Origin: Deltaproteobacteria bacterium
GTDB lineage: Bacteria > Desulfobacterota > Dissulfuribacteria > Dissulfuribacterales > QOAL01
Length of the DNA stretch: 64,000 nucleotides
Assembly: GCA_024275145.1 (NCBI GenBank)
Contig: JAJRZR010000067.1
Location: forward strand, 908 to 64,907
Reading direction: 5' to 3'
Below, piece after piece: positions 1 to 9,115 of this stretch (position 1 is the first letter of the stretch; every line of letters begins with the position of its first letter). The notes below the pieces were generated by a model, which was given only the letters and a program-made list of their open reading frames with translations, searched no databases and had not been told where the DNA came from. A program made the translations under genes and the position numbers.

Positions 1-1158
1 GGGGTACCAAGGCTCGAGCTGAAGGCCATATGGACAGAGCCTGCCCACAAGGAACCGACGATTCCCTGTCCCAAGGATCTCGGCAAGGAACTAAGAAGGA
101 TGCTTTCCAGATACAATGTGTGCAGTAAGGAATACGTCGTAAGGCAGTACGATCACGAGGTACAAGGCGGAAGCGTGGTCAAGCCCCTTACAGGCTCCGA
201 GGACGACGGTCCAAGCGATGCGGCCGTATTCCGTCCAGACCTGGATTCCAGGCAGGGCCTGGTGGTCTCACACGGTATCTGCCCAAGATACAGCGACATT
301 GACACGTATCATATGGTCTGCTGTGCAGTTGACGAAGCGGTGCGAAATGCCATAGCCGTAGGGGGAAGCCTTGAACAGATGGCCGGCCTTGACAATTTTT
401 GCTGGTGTGACCCGGTTCAATCCGAAAAGACCCCTGACGGCCACTATAAGCTGGCACAGCTTGTAAGGGCCAACCAGGCCTTGTATGATATATGTACTAC
501 CTATGGGGTACCCTGCATCTCTGGAAAAGACAGCATGAAAAACGATGCGACCATTGGAGGGATAAAGATCTCTATTCCCCCTACCCTCCTTTTCTCCGTA
601 ATATCCAGGATCAATGACGTAACCAGGGCGGTCACCATGGACGTCAAGGCCCCTGGACACCTGGTTTATATACTGGGCACCACCTATCCTGAACTCGGGG
701 CGTCGGAATACTATAGGGCCCACGGACATATCGGAAGAAGCGTACCCAAGGTGAGGATGTATGAGGCTGTCAAGCGTTACCAGTGCCTTTGCAGGGCGAT
801 AGAACAAGGTCTTGTCGCCTCATGCCATGACTGTTCAGATGGTGGCCTGGGTGTGGCCATATCGGAGACTGCCTTTAGCGGCGGTCTGGGCGTGGATATC
901 GATCTGTCAAAGGCCCCTTGTGAAGGTATCGATCGGGCCGACATACTGCTTTTCAGTGAGAGCCAGAGCCGCTTCGTAGTCACAGTGCGCCCTGAAGACA
1001 TGCAGGCATTTGAAGAGGCGATGGGGGATACGGGATGGGCGCTTGCAGGCCAGGTTACAAAGGAGCCAACCGTAAGACTTACTTATAATGGGGAAACTAT
1101 TCTCTGCGAACCATGCGATCTGTTAAAAAAGGCGTGGAAAAGGCCCCTGGCATGGTAG
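1..1158 (+). CDS. purL: Phosphoribosylformylglycinamidine synthase PurL, C-terminal part (5' truncated by window)
   Basis: Frame is open from base 1. AIRS-type motifs QYDHEVQG, DEAVRN, LDNFCW, ISGKDSM, HDCSDGGL and LFSES are present. Confidence 0.95.
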   Translation, partial: GVPRLELKAIWTEPAHKEPTIPCPKDLGKELRRMLSRYNVCSKEYVVRQYDHEVQGGSVVKPLTGSEDDGPSDAAVFRPDLDSRQGLVVSHGICPRYSDIDTYHMVCCAVDEAVRNAIAVGGSLEQMAGLDNFCWCDPVQSEKTPDGHYKLAQLVRANQALYDICTTYGVPCISGKDSMKNDATIGGIKISIPPTLLFSVISRINDVTRAVTMDVKAPGHLVYILGTTYPELGASEYYRAHGHIGRSVPKVRMYEAVKRYQCLCRAIEQGLVASCHDCSDGGLGVAISETAFSGGLGVDIDLSKAPCEGIDRADILLFSESQSRFVVTVRPEDMQAFEEAMGDTGWALAGQVTKEPTVRLTYNGETILCEPCDLLKKAWKRPLAW

Positions 1159-1670
1159 ATCAGGGGGGACTCAGGGCAATACTTGAGGAAGAAGCGCTCA
1201 TTATCCGCCATTCAGGGGAGATCCCTGAAGTGGCCCTGCATAGCAGCCTCTATTATCTTACTGCCGATCCAGACGGCCCAAGGCTACAACATCTGGCCCT
1301 GGATGACATAAGGCCTTTAAAGGAAGAGGTGCTCAGGCGCTATGAAAAGATATTGTTGAGGGATCTTGATCCAGGGAACCGGGATAAGCGGATATACAGA
1401 GGGCTTGCCAGAAGTTGCGTCAACTGGAAGCGACTAAAGAAATTTGCTGAAAAGGAAGGGCTGGACCTTTTACATATCCGGGAAAGGGCAGCTACTGCCC
1501 TTGTGGGCTTCCTAGAACAAGAAGTAGAGGACGTGCGGTCCGGCAAAAGGTGCTCCTGCATAAACTGCGGATTCGACGAACTCTTGAATCTGGCAACAGA
1601 CCTGGGGGTACGAATGGAAGACCTGCCCAAGGGTACCGAGAAACTCTGCGGAGAGAACAGGGCCAAATGA
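1152..1670 (+). CDS. Hypothetical protein, coupled to purL
   Basis: ATG at 1152 overlaps the purL stop; its TGA overlaps the next ATG (ATGA 1667-1670). C-terminal CSCINC. Confidence 0.8.
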   Translation: MVDQGGLRAILEEEALIIRHSGEIPEVALHSSLYYLTADPDGPRLQHLALDDIRPLKEEVLRRYEKILLRDLDPGNRDKRIYRGLARSCVNWKRLKKFAEKEGLDLLHIRERAATALVGFLEQEVEDVRSGKRCSCINCGFDELLNLATDLGVRMEDLPKGTEKLCGENRAK

Positions 1671-2794
1671 TTTTCCCCCGCCCGGACAATGATCCAGGTC
1701 AACCGAAGCGCAACACATCAAATGGAAGTAACAGGCTGGCCGATTTTCTTGCATTGGGCCTGGGTGGACTCATACTGGTCCTGGGGCTCAGACTCTTCGC
1801 CCCATTTTTTGAACCTATCGCATGGGCCATTATACTGGCATTATTCTTTTATCCTATCAACGTCTGGTTGACCAGCCACCTCAGGATCACGCATTCGATA
1901 GCTGCATTGGCCATGTGTGTGCTGATCATCCTATTTATTATCATACCGGTATTCGCCCTTCTTGGGAGCCTTACCACCGAGGTGCTCAGGGTGTACAATG
2001 AAATTCAAAATCATCTTCAATCAGGTGATTTTTCCGTACTGCCCGATCAAACGAAATACCCCTATCTCTACAAGTTGGCATCCAGGCTCTTTGAGACATT
2101 GAGGGCCAATGAGGCCACGGTCAAGGACACCATAATCGGTCTTTCAAAAAACATGGGGGAGTTCTTCCTCAGGCAGGGTACGGTGGTATTCAAAAATATT
2201 GCCAATGTAATATTCAGCGCGGCCCTCATGCTAGTGACCCTGTATTATCTATTCAGGGATGGTGAAAGGATGCTCGGTACCTTCAAGAGCCTCTTGCCCA
2301 TGAAGGACCAGACGGTGGACAAATTTACACATCTTACTGCTGACGTACTGTCTGCCACCCTGTATGGCAACCTACTGACCGCGGCCATCCAGGGGGCCCT
2401 TGGGATATTCATTCTATGGATCCTTGGTTTTTCGGCCCCCCTTCTTTGGGGTATGATAATGGGGCTTGGCACATTCATACCTATGGTGGGAACTGCCATA
2501 GTATGGGTACCTGCCACACTGTATCTTTTTTTAACGGGCCTATACCTAAAGGGCGCTATCCTTCTATCCTTCAGCGTACTCGTGATAAGCCAGATAGATT
2601 ATTTCCTGCGCCCCTATTTCATCAGCGGCAAGACGCAACTGCACAGCCTGTTCCTGTTCTTCAGCATCCTGGGAGGGCTCCAGACCTTTGGCTTCCTGGG
2701 CCTGATATTGGGCCCCATATTGATCGCACTGTGCGTTTCCATCCTTGAAATCTACAAGATGAACCTCCTTGGTAGGACGAGACAAAATGGGTAA
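1667..2794 (+). CDS. AI-2E (PerM/UPF0118) family transporter
   Basis: Multiple TM segments; family motifs YYLFRDG, IPMVGT, DYFLRP, FGFLGLILGP. Start placed at the ATGA overlap. Confidence 0.92.
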   Translation: MIFPRPDNDPGQPKRNTSNGSNRLADFLALGLGGLILVLGLRLFAPFFEPIAWAIILALFFYPINVWLTSHLRITHSIAALAMCVLIILFIIIPVFALLGSLTTEVLRVYNEIQNHLQSGDFSVLPDQTKYPYLYKLASRLFETLRANEATVKDTIIGLSKNMGEFFLRQGTVVFKNIANVIFSAALMLVTLYYLFRDGERMLGTFKSLLPMKDQTVDKFTHLTADVLSATLYGNLLTAAIQGALGIFILWILGFSAPLLWGMIMGLGTFIPMVGTAIVWVPATLYLFLTGLYLKGAILLSFSVLVISQIDYFLRPYFISGKTQLHSLFLFFSILGGLQTFGFLGLILGPILIALCVSILEIYKMNLLGRTRQNG

Positions 2795-3695
2795 GGGATG
2801 CTACCTAAGGCTGCTGGAAAACGGTGAACTTGGGAAAAGGGTCAAAGAGGCATCCAAACGCCTCAGCTCCTGCAATCTGTGCCCCCATGAATGCGGCGTT
2901 GATCGAACCAAAGGGGAAAAAGGATTCTGCCAGGCAGGGAGCCAGGCCAGGATTGCAAACTATGGGGCCCACTTCGGGGAAGAACCACCACTTGTGGGCA
3001 AACGCGGCTCTGGCACGGTCTTCTTTTCCTGGTGTAATATGAGATGTGTATTTTGCCAAAACTATGATATAAGCCATCAAGGTTCGGGATTTGACGTGAC
3101 AGCAGAATTTTTGGCCTTTTGTTTTCTCTCCCTTCAGGAAGGTGGCTGTCACAACATCAACCTGGTGACGCCTTCACACATGATCCCCCAGATACTAAAG
3201 GCGCTGCTTCTGGCGGCATCCGAGGGACTTTCCATTCCACTGGTATACAATACCGGCGGCTATGACAGCCTGGAGACGTTGAAACTCATAGATGGTATAG
3301 TGGATATCTATATGCCTGACTTCAAATACTGGGATGAGGCTACAGCCAGGCGCCTCTCCAAGGTAAAAGGTTATCCAGGGATAGCAAGGCAGGCCCTGCG
3401 CGAGATGCACAGGCAGGTAGGCATATTAAGGCTTGATGAAAACGGCATAGCCCAAAGGGGGCTCCTTGTAAGACACCTTGTGCTTCCGGAAGGCCTTGCT
3501 GGCACCAGGGATGTACTCGACTTTATCTCCAAGGAGATCTCCCCGAAAACCTGTGTAAATATTATGGATCAATACAGGCCCTGCGGCATGGCCTCAAAGT
3601 ACCCCCCCCTTGACAGAAGGATTACCAGGCAGGAATATCTCGATGCGCTTGAAGAGGCCAGAAAGGCAGGACTAAAGAGGCTCGCGGAGTTTTAG
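2787..3695 (+). CDS. Radical SAM protein, PflX-like
   Basis: CNMRCVFCQN (CxxxCxxC), CNLCPHEC, HFGEEPPL, DIYMPDFKY, LLVRHLVLP. Confidence 0.9.
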   Translation: MGKGCYLRLLENGELGKRVKEASKRLSSCNLCPHECGVDRTKGEKGFCQAGSQARIANYGAHFGEEPPLVGKRGSGTVFFSWCNMRCVFCQNYDISHQGSGFDVTAEFLAFCFLSLQEGGCHNINLVTPSHMIPQILKALLLAASEGLSIPLVYNTGGYDSLETLKLIDGIVDIYMPDFKYWDEATARRLSKVKGYPGIARQALREMHRQVGILRLDENGIAQRGLLVRHLVLPEGLAGTRDVLDFISKEISPKTCVNIMDQYRPCGMASKYPPLDRRITRQEYLDALEEARKAGLKRLAEF

Positions 3696-3702
3696 TCGTG
3701 GT

Positions 3703-4332
3703 ATGGGACGGCTCTTTGCTATAGGAGATATACACGGATGCCTGGATAAGCTTGATAATCTCTTGAAGCAGATCCGGGTTGACTGGGGAAGGGACAAGGT
3801 TGTATTCCTGGGAGATTATATAGATCGGGGACCTGATCCCAAAGGGGTAATCCAACGGATCATGGATCTCAAGGCCTTCTGGCCCGATTCCATTATCACA
3901 CTCAAGGGCAACCACGAAGAGATGTTTCTTTCGTATCTGGCCCAGGAAGACTATGGACCATTCATTTCCCAGGGTGGAAATAAAACCATAGAAAGCTATT
4001 ACGACGAGAATGGAGATTTTTTCTGCCCACCTGCCCATATTGATTTCCTGCAAGGCCTTGTCCCGTTCTTTACCACGGAACACTTTATCTTTGTCCATGC
4101 AGGCCTGCGACCAGGAATTCCCCTGGAGGAACAAGAGGTCGAAGACCTTCTCTGGATCAGGTCGGAGTTCATAAATTCATCCTATGACTGGGGACGACGC
4201 ATTATCTTTGGACATACCCCATTCAATTCCCCATTGATCCAGAAAAACAAGGTGGGTATCGATACAGGCGCTGTATATGGAGGCAGGCTCACCTGTCTGG
4301 TACTTCCTGATTTCGATTTCATTTTTTCCTGA
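3703..4332 (+). CDS. Metallophosphoesterase (PrpA/ApaH-like Ser/Thr phosphatase)
   Basis: GDIHG, GDYIDRG, GNHE, HAG, FGHTP and IDTGA motifs. Confidence 0.93.
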   Translation: MGRLFAIGDIHGCLDKLDNLLKQIRVDWGRDKVVFLGDYIDRGPDPKGVIQRIMDLKAFWPDSIITLKGNHEEMFLSYLAQEDYGPFISQGGNKTIESYYDENGDFFCPPAHIDFLQGLVPFFTTEHFIFVHAGLRPGIPLEEQEVEDLLWIRSEFINSSYDWGRRIIFGHTPFNSPLIQKNKVGIDTGAVYGGRLTCLVLPDFDFIFS

Positions 4333-4385
4333 ATCGCAGATGGAAACAGGCGCTATACAAACCCCAAAAAGGATTCATCAGCGAT

Positions 4386-4814
4386 ATGGCACGATCCAAA
4401 AAAAATAACCATAAAAGCCGGCTCGAAAGGGCATTGGAAGACCCAAAACTGAGGAAACAATACCTGAAGGAGGTCGAAAAGTTGTTCCAGGGCCCAAAAG
4501 GCAGGCCAGGGCATGACAAGGACCTCCAGGCCCTTCACAGGGCCTATGGCACCGCAAGCTTTGAAAAGAAACTGAAGAACTACATAAACACCTACGGCCT
4601 GCCCGACGACTGGAGTATCCTCTTGCTGCTTCTCGATTCAAGGTTGGAACCTGATATCGTATGCAAGGCTATAGAGGCCCTATGCAACATGTCAAAGGAA
4701 AGGTCCACACAGGAAAAAAAGGGACTCAAGAGCAAATTAAAAGTGCTCAGCCTTACGAGCAAATCCCCCTTGATATGCGAGGCTGCTGAATCGGGTCTCA
4801 AGGCCTTGGGATGA
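4386..4814 (+). CDS. Hypothetical basic protein
   Basis: 142-aa ORF filling the gap between co-oriented genes; no recognised motif. Confidence 0.7.
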   Translation: MARSKKNNHKSRLERALEDPKLRKQYLKEVEKLFQGPKGRPGHDKDLQALHRAYGTASFEKKLKNYINTYGLPDDWSILLLLLDSRLEPDIVCKAIEALCNMSKERSTQEKKGLKSKLKVLSLTSKSPLICEAAESGLKALG

Positions 4815-4830
4815 GGCTGGTGAATTACGC

Positions 4831-5739
4831 ATGGGATCCCCCCGTTTCCATACGTGGCAGCAACTGTTGGACGACTATCTTGCCTATCTGTCCATAGAAA
4901 GAGGAGCAAGTGACAACACCATGGAATGTTACAGCCATGACCTTGCAGGCCTCATGGAATTCATGGAAAGGGCTACCATAAACTCCCCTGACGAAATCCG
5001 CCCAAGACATATTCTAAGGTGGCTCAAGGAGCTGAGAGACAGTGGCCTGTGTCCTGCAACTACCGCGAGGAAACTTTCAGCTGCAAGGGGATTCTTCAGA
5101 TTCCTGGTGGAGCAACATGGGCTAAAGGCCACCCCTACGGCGGTGATATCGAATCCGTCAACCGGCCAACGCCTCCCGACGGTGCTTTCGGTTGCCGAGG
5201 TAGAACGCCTGCTGGACCAGCCCGATGTATCCAAGGCATCCGGGCTCAGGGACAGGGCCATGCTGGAGACCATGTATGCCTGCGGCCTTAGGGCCTCGGA
5301 AACCGTCAAACTGGCCCTGGGACAAGTAGACAGAAGACTCGGCTATCTAAGGATCCTCGGCAAGGGCGACAAGGAACGTATAGTGCCCATGGGGAAGACT
5401 GCACTCTATTGGTTAGACAGGTATATCAAGGATGGACGGGGAAAGATCCTCGGGAAAAAGGCCAGTAATTTCGTATTTCCCGGCCGCTCTGGTATCCCCC
5501 TTTCCAGGCAAAGGCTCTGGCAGATAATAAAAAAATATGCCCTCATGGCAGGACTCAAGGCCATATACCCCCATGTCCTCAGGCATTCGTTTGCCACGCA
5601 CCTGCTGGAGGGAGGGGCAGACCTCAGATCGGTCCAGATGCTCCTTGGTCACAGCGATATAAGCACTACCCAGATATATACCCACCTGGACATTCGCCAC
5701 CTGAGAATGATCCATAAAAAATTTCATCCAAGGGGATAG
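4831..5739 (+). CDS. xerD: Site-specific tyrosine recombinase XerD
   Basis: RDRAMLETMYACGLRASE, GKGDKERIVP, PHVLRHSFATHLL, LLGHSDISTTQIYTH; ends HPRG as XerD typically does. Confidence 0.9.
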   Translation: MGSPRFHTWQQLLDDYLAYLSIERGASDNTMECYSHDLAGLMEFMERATINSPDEIRPRHILRWLKELRDSGLCPATTARKLSAARGFFRFLVEQHGLKATPTAVISNPSTGQRLPTVLSVAEVERLLDQPDVSKASGLRDRAMLETMYACGLRASETVKLALGQVDRRLGYLRILGKGDKERIVPMGKTALYWLDRYIKDGRGKILGKKASNFVFPGRSGIPLSRQRLWQIIKKYALMAGLKAIYPHVLRHSFATHLLEGGADLRSVQMLLGHSDISTTQIYTHLDIRHLRMIHKKFHPRG

Positions 5740-5816
5740 GCTGGCTGTCTATTTTTCTCTCCACGCCAATGGAATAGAGGGAACCGATACCAGGTAAAAA
5801 TCGTTACTATCAAGAT

Positions 5817-8800
5817 ATGACATCAAAACAGAAAAATTCACCATCAATATATTCATGGACCTCCAGGCTGAGACAATCGTTCCTACCGATAATCAGGCAA
5901 CGTGGCAATCGCTATGCCAATGGCGGAAGGGTGAACCTCCTGGAGGCCTCCTCAAAGACCATCAAGGCAAAGGTGAGCGGTACCATTGATTATCATGTAC
6001 TCATAGAGGAAAAGAGCGATTCAGACGGTGAGGTGATAATCTCATGTACCTGCCCCTTTTTCAGGCAAGGCTACCCTTGCAAGCACCTGTGGGCCGCAGC
6101 GGTCGAGGCGGACAGAAGGCCGAAGGGTGTACAGGGTACGAACAAAACCAGGCATAGGACCCCTGGCAAGAAGAGAAAAGACAGAAGAATCCACTGGCAG
6201 GGGCTCTTCAGCGATGATTTCTGGAACGACATGGCATCGTTCCCGTGGTCCCAAGGGCCAGGTGGCTTTATCCTGTCCTACGAACTGGCGGTTACGTCCT
6301 CGGAGATAAGTATATGGGCCTTTGAACAATATATTAAAAAGGATGGCCGACCTGGAAGACGCATAAAACCCAGGGCCGAGACACTGGAACATAAGGATCT
6401 TCCCGTACAGGACCGCATGATATTCGCCATACTGGACGAGGCATTCCGCAAAAATGCGCACGGCTACAGCTACTGGCATACCAAGTCTACGGATTACCGC
6501 CATATCCCATTGACATCGAGGGACCTGGAGGCCTTGCTTCCACTCCTTGCAGAGACCGAAAGGTGCAGGCTCATGAACCACGAGTCGGAATGCGTTGCCG
6601 ACCCGCTCAGGATGGGGCAGCCTCTGGACGCAACAATCCGATTCGATGGCCACGAATTCCGCAAAAAAAAGAAAAGGGCTGTAAAACTCACTCCCATAAT
6701 CCTGGTGGGAGTGGCCACGGAAATCGCACCAAAGGACCTGGAGATACTTTTCCATACCCGGCCCCTCATGTTTGTATACCATCAACGGCTCTATCGCCTG
6801 CGTGGCCCGAGATACTCGTGGCTGTCCTCCCTGATGGAGGCCGACAGGATCGAGGTACCAATCAAGAACTTGCCCGACCTCATTACGAAAACCCAGGAAG
6901 TAGAAGGTATGCCAGAGGTCAAACTGCCCGAAAAGTTGGCCCCGAAAGAGGTCACAGATGCCGAGCCAATCCCTATACTGAGAATCGACCTTGATGAAGG
7001 CCTGGTAAAGGGAGTATTACTCATGGACTACAACGGCCTTGAGATCGAAGGGGATGACAGACGTTCCACCATACTGGACCCGGATAAGTGGATCAGGATA
7101 ACACGCAATTTCCAGGCAGAACGCGCACACGTGGACTTGTTGGAGAGGGCGGGGTTTTCCAGGCAGAAAGATCTGTTATTTTCCAGGAACATAAAAGGTG
7201 CCGCGGACGCCCTGTCAGGACTTACGGCTGCCGGATTCAGGATAGAGGCCAGGGACAAAAAGACTATACGTGGTGGCAAGGCAACGAGTTTCTCTGTCTC
7301 ATCCGGCATGGACTGGTTCGATCTCGAGGGCAGCATTGACTTCGACGGGCAGAGCGTACCGCTTCCAAGGGCGGTGAGGGCCTATCTCAGGGGTGAACGT
7401 ACTATCCGCCTGGGGGATGGCAGTGTAGGATTACTGCCGGAGGATTGGCTCTCCAAGAACCTTGCACTCCTGGAGCTAGGCAAGAGGGTAAAGGGGAAAA
7501 AGAATAAGCTGAGATATCCTTCAGGCCAGGCCCTTCTGCTAGACTCCCTACTCCAGGAAAACCCGGTGAAATCTATCGACCAGCGGTTCTTGGAATTGAA
7601 GGATGCCCTGAAAAACTTTGAAGGGATAGAAAAGTATCCGGCGCCAAAGGATTTTGTAGGGAAACTCCGGCGGTATCAGGAGGCATCCCTTGGATGGTTC
7701 AGGTTCCTGGAACGATTCGGCTTTGGCGGGGTACTTGCCGATGACATGGGGCTTGGCAAAACGGTGCAACTGCTGGCATGGCTTGCAGGCCATCCTGGAA
7801 GACGTCCTGGAAGCCCATCCCTCGTGATTGCCCCCACCACGTTGATCTTTAACTGGCTGAACGAGGCAACAAGGTTTACCCCAAGATTGAGGGTAACCTC
7901 CTATTCCGGAGGCGACAGACACATCATCCTGGAAGATGTATCGAAATTCGACATTATACTGACCACCTACGGGCTCTTGCGAAGAGATATCACTAGACTC
8001 AAGGATATAAAGTTCAACTATGTCATACTTGATGAAAGCCAGGCGATAAAAAATCCTGACTCACAGACGGCGAAGGCTGCACGCTTGCTAAATGCAGCAC
8101 ACCGACTGTGTCTCACAGGCACCCCGCTTGAAAACCACGTGGGAGAGCTGTGGTCACAGATGGAATTTTTGAACCCAGGCCTGCTTGGTTCAAAGGCAGT
8201 ATTCGAACGGCGCTTTGCCAAACCAATCTCCCAGGATCAGAAAGATGCCGCATCCATATTGAAGGATATCGTAAAACCGTTCATCCTGCGCCGGACCAAG
8301 CAGATGGTAGCAAAGGACCTGCCAGAAAAGATGGAGCAGATCATACGCTGCCCAATGACCGAGGAGCAGGCCAGGATCTACCGACAACTCAGGGATCACT
8401 ACCGTTCATCACTTTTCAATGGTTCTGGCAAAAAATCCGCTGGAAAGACAAAGTTCAAGATCCTGGAAGGGCTATTGAGGCTGAGGCAGGCGGCCAACCA
8501 TCCTGCGCTGGTGGGGCAGCAGGATATCACCTCTGGCAAGCTCGTAGAGCTTGTGACACTCATAGATGAGGCGGTGTCAGGGGGACACAAGGCCCTGGTC
8601 TTCTCCCAATTCACCAAGATGTTGAGACTCATACGAGACGTGCTTGAAGAACGTTCCATTACATATGAATATCTGGATGGGCGCACCCCTCTGGCAAAAA
8701 GGGAGATGAAGGTACGCAATTTCCAGGAAAGGGATGACATAAGCCTCTTTCTGATAAGCCTAAAGGCCGGCGGAGTAGGACTCAACCTGACCGCGGCCGA

Positions 8801-9044
8801 CTACGTATTCCTGGTGGATCCCTGGTGGAATCCGGCGGTTGAATCCCAGGCTGTTGACAGAACTCACAGGATAGGACAGGACAAGAAGGTCTTCACGTAT
8901 CGGTTCATTACCGTAGATTCAGTAGAGGAAAAGGTGTTGGCCTTGCAAAAAAAGAAGCAGGAATTGGTAAGCTCCATACTGACTGGGAGCAAGGATATGC
9001 TCCGGAACCTTACGGCCTCTGATCTAGAGTTGCTGTTCTCATAA
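5817..9044 (+). CDS. SWIM zinc finger-SNF2 family helicase
   Basis: N-terminal CTC...CKH SWIM finger; LADDMGLGKT, DESQ, TGTPLEN, SLKAGGVGLNL, QAVDRTHRIGQ. Confidence 0.93.
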   Translation: MTSKQKNSPSIYSWTSRLRQSFLPIIRQRGNRYANGGRVNLLEASSKTIKAKVSGTIDYHVLIEEKSDSDGEVIISCTCPFFRQGYPCKHLWAAAVEADRRPKGVQGTNKTRHRTPGKKRKDRRIHWQGLFSDDFWNDMASFPWSQGPGGFILSYELAVTSSEISIWAFEQYIKKDGRPGRRIKPRAETLEHKDLPVQDRMIFAILDEAFRKNAHGYSYWHTKSTDYRHIPLTSRDLEALLPLLAETERCRLMNHESECVADPLRMGQPLDATIRFDGHEFRKKKKRAVKLTPIILVGVATEIAPKDLEILFHTRPLMFVYHQRLYRLRGPRYSWLSSLMEADRIEVPIKNLPDLITKTQEVEGMPEVKLPEKLAPKEVTDAEPIPILRIDLDEGLVKGVLLMDYNGLEIEGDDRRSTILDPDKWIRITRNFQAERAHVDLLERAGFSRQKDLLFSRNIKGAADALSGLTAAGFRIEARDKKTIRGGKATSFSVSSGMDWFDLEGSIDFDGQSVPLPRAVRAYLRGERTIRLGDGSVGLLPEDWLSKNLALLELGKRVKGKKNKLRYPSGQALLLDSLLQENPVKSIDQRFLELKDALKNFEGIEKYPAPKDFVGKLRRYQEASLGWFRFLERFGFGGVLADDMGLGKTVQLLAWLAGHPGRRPGSPSLVIAPTTLIFNWLNEATRFTPRLRVTSYSGGDRHIILEDVSKFDIILTTYGLLRRDITRLKDIKFNYVILDESQAIKNPDSQTAKAARLLNAAHRLCLTGTPLENHVGELWSQMEFLNPGLLGSKAVFERRFAKPISQDQKDAASILKDIVKPFILRRTKQMVAKDLPEKMEQIIRCPMTEEQARIYRQLRDHYRSSLFNGSGKKSAGKTKFKILEGLLRLRQAANHPALVGQQDITSGKLVELVTLIDEAVSGGHKALVFSQFTKMLRLIRDVLEERSITYEYLDGRTPLAKREMKVRNFQERDDISLFLISLKAGGVGLNLTAADYVFLVDPWWNPAVESQAVDRTHRIGQDKKVFTYRFITVDSVEEKVLALQKKKQELVSSILTGSKDMLRNLTASDLELLFS

Positions 9045-9115
9045 CAAAGGCCCGTGTCGGAAGCAGCGGGAGAGATCAAGGGCTTGTCTGATAAACACAG
9101 TGCCAGATCCTATTG

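Noticed and set aside
4831-5739. Tyrosine recombinase as an island or prophage integrase
   Set aside because: Looks like housekeeping XerD within an operon; no att repeats, tRNA or phage genes seen.
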